From: Trichoplax adhaerens
Lineage: Eukaryota > Animalia > Placozoa
Reading direction: 5' to 3'
Assembly (NCBI RefSeq): GCF_000150275.1
Contig: NW_002060944.1
Location: forward strand, 2,332,152 to 2,396,151
DNA length: 64,000 bases
This document shows positions 26,600 through 40,860 of the stretch, piece after piece. The notes under the pieces were generated by a model. It saw only the letters and a list, made by a program, of their open reading frames with translations, had not been told where the DNA came from and did not search any database. The stretch's first letter is position 1. Each line of letters starts with the position of its first letter. The position numbers and the translations under genes were made by a program.

Positions 26600-27985
26600 G
26601 TACTGTACTGTACACTCAGTGTACAGCTGGGCCACCGTAGCTGAGCCACTGAGCCAGAAGCACAGCGCAGTCTAGAAAGTGTGGTAAGTGTACGGCTGTA
26701 CGGCAGCTACGGCTCTTATAGTTCAGTACAGTAGTTTCGTGTACAGCTGCTATCGGGTAGTAGCCTGCTAGGCTGCTACTACCGTACGGCAGCTAGAAGC
26801 CACTGACTCTTGTTATAGGCACGGATCGGACTGGGCCGTTCTAGCATTTGTACGCATCTCTGTAACGGCTAGAAAAAATGAATCATATACGCTACGGTAC
26901 AGTATATTATGGTATAAAGTATACCATTTGTACAGTACAGTACAGTACTGTACGTTAGTTTCAGCAATATTTTTTCCTCTTTGTACTGTACTGTACACTG
27001 TACTACCGTAAGGCCGTAACGTAACGATGGCCCAAAATGTACACAGTGATAACTTTGCTTTAATACTGTAGTACAGTAATGTACTGTACTGTACAGTACA
27101 CTAGTTTCATTTCGTTTTGTCAGGCCGGGGGTGGGGGTGGGGCCGGGGGTTTGTGTACAGTATACAGTACTGTACTGTTCTGTACTGTACGGTACTGTAC
27201 TGTACTGTACGGCAACTTGTCTTTTTTACTGTACTGTACTGTACTGTACACTGTACAGTACAGTAACACACCCACAAACCTACAGTACAAGGTACTAGTA
27301 CTGTAGAAAGCTTTTTTGAAAATACTGTACTGTAGTGTACAGTACAGTACAGTGTACAGTACACTGTACTGCACTGTACTAGATTCCAAAACTTGAATTC
27401 GAGGGTGGTGGAGGTAAGCATTTTGATGTTGTTTGATTTTTCTTCGATTTTTAAAGAGACTCACTTTGTAATATACCTTCGCAATTTGTTTATGTTGATC
27501 CTTTGCTTTTACCAATTAGGCCCCTATTAATCGATTCATGTAATATTATTAGCCATTCACTATACAGCATGCGTTAGACTACTTACCATACTAAGGGTTA
27601 ACGGTGTACAGTAGACCCTGGTATTTCCAGTCACTAAAAAGCACATACTGTACTGTACACTGTACAGTGTACAGTGCTGTACAATAATGAGTGCACATAC
27701 TGTACTGTACTGTACATTACAGTACAGTTCTGTACTTAGTAGGCCTAGACTAAGATACTGTATAGATATACGTACAGTACTATATGTACTGGAGGCTGTA
27801 AGACTGTGATATACGCAACGTAGACGTTCCGCATACAGTACAGTACAGTATAAAGGGAGAGGGAACAGGAAATGGCTTTTTTTTAATAAAAATAGTCTCT
27901 ACTGTACTGTGCACTGTACAGTACTTACTGTTCAACGCATAGTACCTGAAGGATGGTAGTACTGTACGATACTACAGTACGATGT
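26600..27985. repeat. Large ACAGT pentamer region between divergent MAPEG-4 and ASS1
   Basis: Dense tactg/tacag runs at 26925-27380 and 27645-27985. Confidence 0.88.
27127..27149 (+). other. G-quadruplex-forming motif G5-T-G5-T-G4-CC-G5
   Basis: Four G-runs of 4-5 nt with 1-2 nt loops, in an otherwise AT-rich window. Confidence 0.7.
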
Positions 27986-29287
27986 GTAGCCAACCTCTTG
28001 TACCGTCGATGATAGCGACGTTTTTTTTTGCTAGACTCTTCACTGAAAGGAGAAAAATAAAAGTCCCTTCACTAGCACTGTTCGTATTCGAGGCCAAGGC
28101 CTTGTTACATAGTCAGTCGTCGATGTCACTGCTGTGCACTGCCTAGTAAACGTAAAATTGTAGCTGAAATGAATTTATAATTGCGGTGTAATTTATTTAT
28201 GAATTAAAACTAGCATTCAGATTTTAAGAATCAACGTACTATATATATAGTACATGTAATTGTTACAAACAAGTGCACAACATTCGCTACACAATTTTTT
28301 AATAAGTATGCGTATACGGGACTGTATAGGTGATGCAAGATGGCGGGTGGATAATATGAGCGAATTAAAGTACTGTATTAAAGCTGTAAGAAGTATGTCT
28401 GCAATTGTATTAGCTCTGAATTTCTTGAGATCTCATTAACAGTACGTTTTTCTGTATGTGGCAAGCTCCATTAGCAGGTTAAAACATGACAAATAAATAA
28501 ACTTCAAAGACTAGATCTAGATATACAGCTGCAGGGTACCGTCTACGGCTCCTTTTAAGGGCAGTTGCAGTATAGGTGTTAATTAAAGCCAAATTGGAGA
28601 TGATACTGCACCATTAAATTTAATTACTAAAATTATAATTACCTGATAATTTAGGAATTCACCAATAAACAAACAGCTCATTTATTACTGTACAGTAAAA
28701 ACGTCCAACAGCTGCTATGATCGTACATTTTACTGATGTCGGTTTTGCTGCTAAATCGGGATCGTAACACTTTAAGCAATTAAGAAGTAATCATAAAAGT
28801 GCAGCACAAAAAGGGCTTTTTGTAACTCTGACCGTGTGCCTAGCGGTATCATGAAAGGATAATATTTAAAGGATCATAGCACTGTCTTGTATTTGTATTG
28901 TTCACGATATAAAGATGTCTTATGCTTCGATGGATCTACCCGAATTTAAGCTAGAATTCGGGAAATATCAATCGGAGTAGTAGATACTGACTAGCAATGT
29001 TTAAAAGAGACCGTAATTAGATAGGGAAATTAAGACCTTTCGCCGTTGATTGCCTAAAATTATAGCGATCCTAATTTATAATTTAGATATGGTAACTCAT
29101 TATTCGGTACTTTTTATGATATCTCTCTATATATATTGCAATGTCATGGTATATTGACAGTCCAGCGTTGTCTATCCCTGATTCCTGATTCTTGGCGGAA
29201 ATTAGTAAGTACCGTGTATTCTTTCTATGAGTTATAAACCCAAATACGGTATCTACTATGTAAGAACAGTTGTAAGTACTTAGCAGT

Positions 29288-29470
29288 AAATTACTACAAG
29301 CTATCTGTATCTTTACCGTCTAGACTGAAGTATTATAGTAAGAGTTCTAGTTTCAGCTCGAATAAAAACACTAAACATAAATTACTACAAGCTATATGTA
29401 TCTTTACCGTCTTGAATGAAGTATTATAGTAAGAGTTTCAGTTTCAGTTCCGATAAAAAACACTAAACAT
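29288..29470. repeat. Tandem duplication, two ~91 bp units
   Basis: aaattactacaagctat...cactaaacat begins at 29288 and again at 29379, with a few substitutions. Confidence 0.9.
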
Positions 29471-29669
29471 AAAAACGAGAATAAGCTATTATAACATACT
29501 CGACAAGCTTACCAATCTCTAATTATACCTCAAATAATATCCGACTAGTCTGAAGATATGTGTATAATAATGCAATCGTTTGTAATGGTTTATTTCCGAT
29601 GATCAATTTATACCATATGCAATAGTTTTCTATCAACAATTATCATTGTGGTCGCGTACTATTTCAAGC

Positions 29670-32600
29670 ATGAGTGACGAAAAAGAAACCGTAGTATTGG
29701 CATACAGTGGCGGGCTCGATACTTCGTGTATCCTCGTTTGGTTGCAAGAGCAAGGTTTTAACGTTATAGCTTACATGGTATGTAGTAGCATGGTAAAGTG
29801 TGTAATCTTGGTATAAACAAGCACTTTTTCGATGTTCGAACAACCATTGCAGTTATCTTTTAACTCTATACAGTATAAGTTTGATATTTAGTCGTGCAAA
29901 CGTACGCACGACATCCAGTATATGATGCTGCGACCGTTAAATATGACCGTAATTGTCATACTGTACAGTATACTTTTAAATGATTTAAATGAGTAACTCA
30001 ATGAGACCATTTTACACATTGTAATAGATGGTTAAGATTAAATTTTTATTTACCGTATATTACAAAATGAATGTAATCTATATTAAAAATTAACTATAAA
30101 TTACATTGCACATTACTGTACAGTACATCTAATAGGCACGATAAACTGCATAGTTTACGCATAATTATCGAAATTAATCAGCTTTCTATGGAACTCTTTG
30201 ATATACTGTATTATATGAATCCTACGAAGCAAATGTTTGGTGAAGAATGATCTCTACCATAGTATGCGGTAGTAGTCGTAACTGGAATGGTTACAATTAT
30301 AATTATTGAATTTTATTCATTACTTATGAATATTAATTCGTTCAGATTAAAATTATTATAATATTTACATTTAAGGATTTCTGATATCCTGTGCCGTTAG
30401 CAGAAGGGTTACAGTCTTAGTGATAAATGATTGCAATTAATTTAAACGCGCTTATAGATAGATACCCTTTGGCCTAAAGGGTCTCATTTCAGTCTGCGGT
30501 AATAATTATTTAATTATTTTATATAGTATTTAAGCATACATAATGGTTAAGTTAATGCAACGTTTATTAGAAGAATCTTATATGGATAATATTTCCCTAA
30601 TATTTTATTGCGCCTCTAATATAGTTTTGTATTACATATATTCTGGATAAGTTATATTGTGAACTAGAGAGACAAAGAACACCTGTGTAAAGGATTTGCT
30701 ATCTGATATGATTTTTTTATAAGATTATCTAATGGCCAGTTTACTTTAGGCTGATGTTGGCCAGGAAGAAGATATGGAAGGTGCTAAAGCGAAGGCCAAA
30801 AAACTTGGTGCTACAAAAGTTAGTAAATTGAAATATTTTTACGATTAATAGTAAATAATAAAATTCAGAGGTGTGCTATTTCGTAACGATTATTTTATTA
30901 ACCTTTATGAACAAACTAAATATAGGCGTATACTGATCAGTTCCTATTTAATGGATGTGATTGCATTTGTTAAGGTTTTCTTAGAAGATTTAAGACAACA
31001 ATTTGTTGAAGAATTTGTTTTTGCCGCTATTAAATCTAATGCTGCTTATGAAGATCGCTACTTAATGGGGACAGGTATGGTACATTTATAAATAAGCTAA
31101 CAGTTTAAATGAGAATGAATTGATGCCAAAGTGCTTGTTACAACTGCTATTGTAGCACAAACGACTATCGAATACTACAAGATCGATCACTAATAAAATT
31201 CCTCAATCGTCCCACTGATTGAGTCAAGCACTAATGTAGTTAACTAAGTACTTGATCGTCTCCATGACTAGTATCCCAAGTCTCGCACAGAATAGCCATA
31301 GCCGTGTACGGTAATTAAATTTTATTACTAAGCAGGCATGAACGTTCTCATCAAAATGCAAACCGAATTTCATATTTATAGAAATCTTTAGATCAAGATA
31401 ACTTAAACCAGTTTGGATGAGTTATCCAATCACACGATGACAATCCATCCAAAAAGTTTCAAACACGACTCTACTTAACCTTAGTCAAAGCAGTTAATTA
31501 CTTAATACTTAAATAATATAAGCATTAAAAAATAGCGGAAGGAAAGTATAATAAGCCTTTAGAATGTAATATATAGGCATTCTCACGGTCAAAGCTTGAC
31601 TGTGACAGTGCTATAGTAGAATGGTTGTTAGACTGATGTCTCACGTCAAATATCAAGCATGACCTTGGTAAATAATGCCATGTTTTTTAAGATTAAAGCA
31701 TTGAAAAGTAAGGCATGTTGTGGATTACGGTTTGTTAAAGTGGTATTGAAACATAGTAAAATGCGACTACATTACAATTTAGTGTGCTTATTTTAAATCT
31801 TTAATAACTGATATATCATGTTCGATTACGGTTTGTCATTATTTGGTAAATGCTAGAGGCCTCTTAACGAATTTTATCATGCGCTAGTGCCCAAAATTAT
31901 GAATTGGCACTAGCTCTGCTTAGTTATGCGTGCCATATCTTTTAATCTTGAATACCCTATATCTATGCAATATGACCAGCAGTTTTGATTTGAATTTATG
32001 GGAATAAATGGTCAACTGATAAATGATTCTTATTCTGATGAATGTATTACGATTTTCAGTCGCTGCTTATATTTCAGTAATTGGGTCAACACGATATCGG
32101 TGATTTTTAGACGCTACAGAATTAGTCTACATGACCTAGAAATATTTGGACTAGATTAGGTAGTTTCTTTGCTTCTGACAGAGGTATTACTGAATTATGA
32201 ATTATTGTCACAAATATTCTAATTGGAATCTTAAATCATGATAGTTTATAAAATCAAGTACGAGCATTTAAAATAGTATCAATATCTTCAGAACTCACAC
32301 TCTTTAATTCTATGTGCCAATATGATGGTTTGTATAATTTAATGACTATGACGTCATTATAGTTATTGACTGGCTTGCTTTAATCTTAAAATAATTACTC
32401 GTATGTTGAAGCTCTTAGGAAAATGGAACATGCTAAATAATTTTGCATCATTGATCGGCGGCAACTTGATATTTAAATCTTTGTTATCGTTACAGCTTTC
32501 GCCCGTCCATGCATCGCGCGTCGTCAGGTCGAGATTGCTTTGCAAGAAAATGCCCGCTACTTATCTCATGGAGCCACTGGCAAAGTGAGCTTGTATAGCT

Positions 32601-35415
32601 ATCGCAGTTTAAAGAGATTACTAAATTGTTCATAGAGATTGCTTTTTCCGCAAATTACTTTATGCTAGTTAGATAATAGACATAACTGCTTACATTTATC
32701 CAAATTTTAGGGCAACGATCAAGTTCGATTTGAACTAACGTACTATGCTCTATATCCTGAGGCTAAAGTGAGATATGTGCTTGTTTTAAGTCAATTCTAA
32801 TTCAGGAATGTTTATTTTTAGCATCTATGATTGCATATACTTAAGCTGAAGGGTTCTAATAGTAATAAGTTTGTTACCATTATATTGATTTTTTAAAATC
32901 ATTTACTTCTAGGTTATTGCACCATGGAGACTACCTGAGTTCTACAATCGTTTTAAAGGAAGAACCGATCTGTTTGAATATGCTAAGGTATAATATCGTA
33001 AAGTCACTCACAAATATAGCGAACGATTATGTAAAAATCATAGATTGAACATACGGATAGAGATATAAGGAATGTAACATTAGATTTAGAATCATAACGA
33101 AATGATTCTAGCTAGAGTCTTTAAATGTATAGGCCCACGACATCCCTTTACCCGTAACTCCAAAGAAACCGTGGAGTATCGACGAGAATATGATGCATGT
33201 GAGGTAAAAGAAACTTTTATAACAAAAGCAGTAATAGTTATTATGATGCTTTGAAAAATGTTGATCGATTACTGAATGGTAAAAGTTAAAATGTAAGCAT
33301 TGCGTAAAGGTAGAAATGGCGTTAAGAGTCTCCTCAAGTTATTATATCGAGCTATTGGGACATTTTTGCTATATTTATGCAGCTACATTTTCTAAGGTAA
33401 TATATTAAAACTTATTCACCTTCATATTTTATATGTATGAAGTTACGAAGCTGGGTTACTAGAGAATCCATGGGTAAGCATAGAGTGATTTAATTTTTGG
33501 TTCATATAGAGTAAGAATGACTTCATACCTACAGCAAAATTTTGAAGGGCTATTTTAATTACCTTCATTTGTTGCAGGAAATCGCTCCGGATGATTTATA
33601 CAAGACGACAGTTGACCCGAAAGATGCTCCCAATGAAGTTTGTTAATTTAGATTTTTAAATAGTATAGTGTAATTCGCTATTTATCATAAAATTTCATGA
33701 ATAATTAACAGTTAGAATCATATCTCCTGTGCTGTATAGTACATACTGTAATTCTTGATCATAGTATTCAATTTCTTCCATTATTATATACATTCTTTAG
33801 CCTGACGTTCTGGATATTGAGTTTAAAGCTGGTAATTTCTCTTTAAATATTGTTACTATATGTACATTTGTTAATTTGGCAATACAGTATTTTTAAAAAG
33901 GCTGATTGTTTATTTTACTGTATTACCTAACGGAATTTTCTGAAATTAAACATTGACTTCAAGGGATTCCGATCTCTGTGAAAAATGTTAATTCTGGAGA
34001 TGTTTATTCAAATCCTATGCAGCTATTCCTTTACTTAAACACGATCGGGTAAACTGCTATAGTGATAAAAGTAATAACAATTATATACTGTATTATCAAT
34101 ATGGTTTGCAAAATTGTGTCGCTTTTTGGTGGATACTGAACAATTTTTCGTCTTCTCGTATGGCTATAATATTAGCGCAATTTTCTATTTCCTTCTAGAA
34201 CTCGCCATGGAATTGGAAGAATAGATATTGTGGAAAATCGTTTTATTGGAATGAAATCGAGGGGAATTTACGAAACGCGAGCCGCAACAATTCTACATGT
34301 TGCACATCTTGATATTGAAGCAATTTGTTTGGATAAGGTAAGCAGTAATTATTATAATAATCAGGTATCTTATCAAAGATCATATACCGGAAGCGTAAGA
34401 GTTTGGTATTTATTTCTGCAATGAAATTCCAATTTAATTTCAGGAGTTAAGAAAAATCAAGCAAGGTTTGAGTATCAAGTTATCTGAACAAGTTTATCAT
34501 GGTAAAAATTTAACCTTGTATCAGATTGCAGGTGCAGTAAATGTAATGGATCTTTTTTATTTTTATGATGAATTTCTGATGTAGGTCTGTGGTGGAGTCC
34601 AGAATGCATTTTTACGAGGTCTGCTAAATACACTACCTGTACTCGTATATTACACAAAAAGGCTTAATTATTTATGCCTTGGAATCAATATTCGCCTTGC
34701 TTAAATACGTACTACGTAGTTATTTGATTTTCTAATAAGGATTTAGACTCGCTAAATTTTTGAAAACTGTTACTTTTTCAGATTTTGCATTGATAAAAGT
34801 CAAGAATGCGTGGCTGGAACTGTACGTGTTTCAGTTTTTAAAGGACAGGTAATACCGCAGATTTCTGGTTATATGATATAACTATTGTTACTTATGCAAT
34901 ATTTCGGTAATCATAATTTTAACAATATGTAACAAAGCTATTGAAAGTTGCGATATATTGTAAGTTTCGAGATAAAAAACTGAACCTAAGCTATCACGGT
35001 ATTGATATTCGTTGCACTTTGTCTAATAATAACAGGTATACATTAAATGTCGTCGAGGTGATATGTCATTATATAATGAAGAACTAGTAAGGTGAGCAGT
35101 CATACCGGAGCAGTGTTATCATGTATTTCAGATTATACACTGGTTTACATTTACGAGTAAACGTTAACATTCTACCTTGAGTTAAAAATCTTTTATCTAT
35201 TTGTACCTACTACGTCAGTATGGATGTTTCTGGAAGTTATGATCCACAAGATGCCGGAGGTTTTATCAAAATTAATGGATTGAGGTAAATTCTTTCGATC
35301 TTACTCTATCATTGGTGGCTCAGAAATAAACTTGCGCGTGATACTCATTATTGCGTTATGTATTTTTAGATTGCAGGAACATGCCCGGCTGCGCAAAACT
35401 CAGTCAAAATCTTAG
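29670..35415 (+). CDS. ASS1: Argininosuccinate synthase, 18 coding exons (first 29670-29777, last ending at TAG 35415)
   Basis: [34 protein letters not shown]|[71 protein letters not shown]. Confidence 0.97.
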
Positions 35416-35713
35416 GCGCAAAGTCTTCTCGTTTAGCTACTGCATAATGATATATATTATTTATCTATCGTCACGCAGCTTGCAACCTTACGAGTATATA
35501 AGTAGGGATTCTACATTTACTGCTAGTACCGTCTAGAACTATTACTTAATCCACTGTCTTATTAAATTTTTAAATTAATAGAAATTTGATAGATTCATCA
35601 AATTTTCATTGGTAGTAAGCAATACATAGTTTTAGCCCAAACTTGCTATAAATTTTACTTTATTAAGAATCGGCTTGCTTTTTACGAATAAAGTAGCAAC
35701 TTAAAAGGTACAT

Positions 35714-38700
35714 TCACACAGAACGGTCTCGCATTCTTTTGTGTCTCTTAGAAAAGAACGCCTGAATAGCTGCTTTTGTCTTTCTTTTTTTCGGAGCAGC
35801 CGCTTTTATATTATCGTCAGTATCTGGAGCTAAATCTTGAATAGATGCAATAGAGTCCCAGGAAAGTACTATTAATATTATTATCAAGCCATAAAGTTAC
35901 CAGAAATGAAAGCAAAATATTAAACGTTAATAACCTGTTGCCGGCAGTTTCTCGCTTGCAAGATTATCCTCCACCGAGTTGTCCATATTCTTAAGACCTT
36001 TCATTCCTGCTAAAGATCTCGCACTACAACGTTCATATTCACTTTAGTAACGCTCGAGAGTATATGAGATACCCGCTGATGATATTAATGGCTTAACAAT
36101 TACCGGTGAGCTTCCTTTTTCAACTTTTTATTTAATAGGTTCTGTTCCTGCTGGTTACGTCGCTCAAGTTTCAATTTCCTAGAATAATTAGATTGTATGA
36201 TTTCATATTCTGGTAATCTGCTGAGGCGAACTTTAATAGAACATAAAAATTACTTTTTCCCTTCCAATTTCGATTTTATTGCATCAATTTCAAATTTGGT
36301 TTTCGTAACTGATAATGTAATCCATTATGATAATATGCATTAGATTAGACCTGATTAGATAAGTCATTAACTTTACGGATTCAGGGAATTAATATTACGC
36401 GTATAACGCAACTAACCATATTGGTGATACAAGACGTTCCCAGTGCACACCCCCTCTTCAATCTTAATTAGATTAAAAGTCATTCGAGGTCCTAGCTAAA
36501 TAGCATTTAGTACAGATTTATTTTCGAAGTCAACGTAATAATTAATATATTATATTATACATTACGATATGAAACCTCGGTTAAACGGATAGCGCTCTGC
36601 TGAGATTTGATATTTCCTCTACCAGAAATGGCCTGCGGTAAGGTAACATGGGACTCAGGACCTGCATCATCCATTTCACTTTCACTACCGTAACCATTTC
36701 TATTTTAAAACATACGCAGATAACAAAAATTTCGGTTATTACTGATACTGCTAGTACAAAATGATCAAAAATTCGTTAGAGAACTTCGTTATCATGCCTT
36801 GCAAAATAGTCACTAATGTCATTCAGTTCGCTCAAATTCGGAATTTTTTGTTTCAGTAACTTTCTAAGGTTTTTACTGATACCGACCGGGGCGGCATGGA
36901 TATTGCTGAATTTTAAATCAAATTTAATTTCTTAAAAATCCATACAAATATACTAAATGAAAGATATATAGTAGGTTACGTACTAATGTCGAAAATCAAT
37001 TGTATTCTTTCCGTGATTAAAGTTTATAAGTACACATCTTCTGATATTTACTAGTTGGACCTTGAAAATCATAATTTGTCGAAAAATTTGAACCATTAGA
37101 GAATGCAATCTATAGCTGTAATGGAGAATAATTCTCCACGAAAATCGAGTAAAATGCTTTAAATTTTGTTAAATATAGTTTACAATACCTTTTCCACATT
37201 TATAGAAGAAAACATATTCTGAAACATAGTTACAGTCAGGGTATGCGATAAATTGTCTGGTTTAAATCCACTCAATACCAACTAATGGCAAAAACGGGAA
37301 AGTTTAGGAATATTAGGCAATACAGTCATAACACCTTGACATACACGTATTTATGAAAGCTGCTTCATCAATACCAGTGGATGATGCTTATACTGGATTT
37401 TTTCAGTCTTTGGCTTTGATAGATATGAGATAATATCTCTAGCATGGGTGTACTAAAATTTCGTACAAACCAGATATAGAATGAATGTTTACATTAATAG
37501 CAGGTTGTTGTAATTTCTGGTATAATAAGGGTGTATGACAATACAAATGCTTATCATATTGTAATATCTACAGCCTGCACATGACACGCATTCCGGGATC
37601 GAAACATACCGAATCCACACGAAAAGTGATCGTTGGTCCTTGCGGTAATTTAGCGATTTTCTGGATATAAAGATAAATCTTGTCAAACAAGGTTTGATAT
37701 TAAATATATGTTTAAATACCATTTACATAGGTAAAATAAACGACATTTACTATCGTTATACTTTTACTTAAATTCTAATTTTAATTGACGCATAACATTT
37801 ACTATCGCTGTTGCGTTAACGGTTAGTATGCGAGCATATATAGCGATGTAATTACAAAACTTTATCACAGGTGAGTGAATAAATTTGTTTCCGACAGTTT
37901 ACTTTCCAGGCTTTTGCTAGCAACAAACATACCAAGTAAGTACCCTTATCAGTCCTAGATATGATTAAGAAATGAGTCACTCCAAGCGGACCTGCAGCAT
38001 GAATGAAATCTTTTAATGAATTCTTATGTTGAACCTAGCGCAACAAAGGAAAAACAGTTAATAAATCACGTCAATTCGTATCTACTAATTCTATTCTTGA
38101 TACAGTAAAAGTGTATAAATACGCAGATAAATCGATTAGTAATATATAGTTGGTTAATTCACACACCGAAAGGAGATCTAAGAATCCAAATTAAAAATAG
38201 GAGTAACAGACAGTATAGGAACGCACTAAGATACTGTATACGTAAGCAATTAAGTGTAAATAACGTCGATTGCTTGCGATTCTCTGGTACATGCTATGTC
38301 GCTTATAGCCATGGGAAATTTAATGATATACGCAAATTACATTCAAATTTCGATAAATTAGGGTATTTGAATCATTGATTCGGCGGTTTGAGTGTAAAAT
38401 GAGTTAAAAAAGGAAAATTACTATCACTAATAGTTACATCTAATGGAATACGGATACTAATTTTAAGTATTGCATTAAATTAGGAAATTTTACTAAGAAT
38501 AACATAATACATGCGTACTGCACTGCACGATCAGTAATAACATTATACACTAAGTCTACTTTTACTACAAAATTTGATTCTATAATAAAACATATTGCAT
38601 GGCAAAAACACTGCTTAACGTAGACTATTTAGAGAGTTTCTAATACAAGTTTGTTTTTAGGCTAGAGCTATAGTATTTCTTGGTTTAATTCAATATTTTT

Positions 38701-39347
38701 TATTGCATTTTAATTTGGCGTGGATTTTCCAAATCTTGAGGCAGTTTGAAACCAGACCAATACGTTTTGACTAAATCGTAGGTAATCATTTTAATTTCTC
38801 CTGAAATTTAAGACTATGGTACCTTCAATCGCCTAGCGGTGTAGGGCTCCATGACCATTCTTAAATCTTTCATTAACCTAAGACCACTGCTGCCTATCTT
38901 ACCATTTTGTAAAACAAATGTTCGAGGGGTTTTTAAATCACCAGAATTCTCATTACCAGCGTGAACTCTCTGAAATCGTGTAAGTGAAATACTTGTTAAC
39001 AGGCAAGCTATCACTAGTGCAGCTAAAAATATGTATCATTTAATGCACACCATTCTCGATGATTACATTAACTGGATAAATTAAATCCATAGCTGAATCG
39101 GTTGTATTATTAGTAACTGACAGAATAAAATTATTCTAACTTTTAAGAATTGTAATCGTCAAGAATCGAAATATCTCACCACACTTTAGGTTTATTAATG
39201 CAATGGAGTGCAAGGTGCACAAGAACTTTAGTACAGTATATGAAAATGCTCACAAAATCGGCCTTAGAGACATGAAAGTGCAATGCTACTTCACTTTAGA
39301 GCATACTTCGAGCAAAGCATTCAATTGCTTACCTTCTTTCTTCCCAT
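35714..39347 (-). CDS. PPAN: Peter pan / Ssf1 Brix-domain ribosome biogenesis protein (multi-exon; first exon MGRKK 39347-39333)
   Basis: PRTFV...MKDLRMVMEPYTARRLK, NSLKDFIHAAGPLGVTHF, KLPQGPTITF, SAIRLTE|LGPRMTFNLIKIEEG; basic C-terminus; stop at 35714-35716. Confidence 0.9.
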
Positions 39348-39409
39348 ATTGGTAAATATGTGATATTACTCAGGGAGATGTGGGAAAATTCGATAGCTAC
39401 TTAGCGTAA

Positions 39410-39640
39410 GTACTGTACAGTTGTAGAATAGTTGTAGACTTGTAGTACTGTACACCGTATAGTATTTTGCACTCAGAGGCAGAGGAAATCTTTATGGTTT
39501 CTTATCCGGTAATACAGTACAATGTACCTTGCACTGTACTACTGTACAGTATATTACACCGTAAATGAGTAGACAGTACAGTACTGTACTGTACTGTACC
39601 TACAATACAGTACAGTATACCTTGCACTGTACTGTACATT
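39410..39640. repeat. ACAGT pentamer array in the bidirectional PPAN/MAPEG-5 promoter
   Basis: tactg/tacag runs between head-to-head ATGs 320 bp apart. Confidence 0.85.
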
Positions 39641-39666
39641 TCACAACTGTGGATAAGATCAGAAAG

Positions 39667-40860
39667 ATGGATGAGCAAAATCAGTTATTATCATTTTCCA
39701 ATCCGGTTTTCAATGCTTACGCATTTTATGCTGTTATCATCGTCCTAAAGGTCCTGACAATGGCAGTTAATACAGGCCGTCTCAGGCAAAAGAATACCGT
39801 AAGTAGCTACGTAATCCCAGCAATTAACGAATTCCTTTAGTTAATCTAGCGCAGTGTACGAATTCAAGAGAAATCTCTGCATACACAGTACTCTACTTAT
39901 TAAAGTTGAAGAACAGTATTCAGTATTCAACCGCCACCTACTTACATATTTCAGAGGCCTATGTAACATTCTGTACAATGCACATTGCACATACTCAAAA
40001 TGGCAACATGTAGGGTTTACATATTGATGAATTCCTTTAATATTCTCTGACGAACTAGGCCTTCTCAAATCCAGAAGATGCCATCTTATTTGGTATAGAA
40101 CCATCCAAAAAAAATGTCAACGTCAAACATCCAGATGTAGAACGCTTTGTGAGGTTTGCAAAAATTTTCGTAAAACGTAGTACTGTACTCTACCTGTAAT
40201 TGCAGCCTCTACATATTCGAAAAACATTACCATTTTTATTGTACTGGTGTGTATAGTATAATCATCTGGAGTCATCGTAGGCTTCTCATCCTTCTAAAAG
40301 AGCAGTTTATTATTATTACTTGTAGCAGGTCATCATGCCCAGTACTGTAATTATATTATAATGTACATTACAATACACATTTATACTTGTATCACTTGTG
40401 TTCTTGTGATCACTTCAGTATAATGCACAACTTGTGATTTCGCTTACCAAAGTACTCCAGCTAGATTTACTCAAAGATGCTTAATCTGCACATACTACCG
40501 CACACATACATCGTATCAATTACGAAGTGGATTTGATCCAAACTCGAGGAATATCTGCTGCTGAAATGAAAGTTTAATATGCTATAATGTACTAATTACT
40601 CTATCATTTATTGTAGGGCCCATAGAAATGATTTAGAAAACATCATTTCTTTCCTATTTGTTGGATTTTTATATGTTTTAACGGATCCACCGTATGATAT
40701 AAGTATATACTGCTTCCGAATATTTACTTTAGCTCGTATTATTCATTCAGTATCGAGCGTGAAAGGTTATTTATTCGGAAAGTACTGCAGCTTTGGAGTA
40801 GGGCTTCTTACTACCATATTCATGATTTATAAAGTTTTAATTACTTCTAAATATTACTAA
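39667..40860 (+). CDS. MAPEG copy 5 (MGST1/PTGES-like); exons 39667-39798, 40059-40153, 40617-40860
   Basis: LLSFSNPVFNAYAFYAVIIVLK...TGRLR...AFSNPEDA...HPDVERFVRAHRNDLENII...ARIIHS; in-frame GT-AG joins. Confidence 0.9.

Noticed and set aside
26756-26783. 9 bp inverted repeat ggtagtagc/gctactacc as a MITE end
   Set aside because: Only a 10 nt spacer, no target-site duplication and no second copy in the window.
35714-39347. SNORD105-type snoRNA in PPAN introns, as in human
   Set aside because: No C/D unit with the expected 18S guide was visible by eye.
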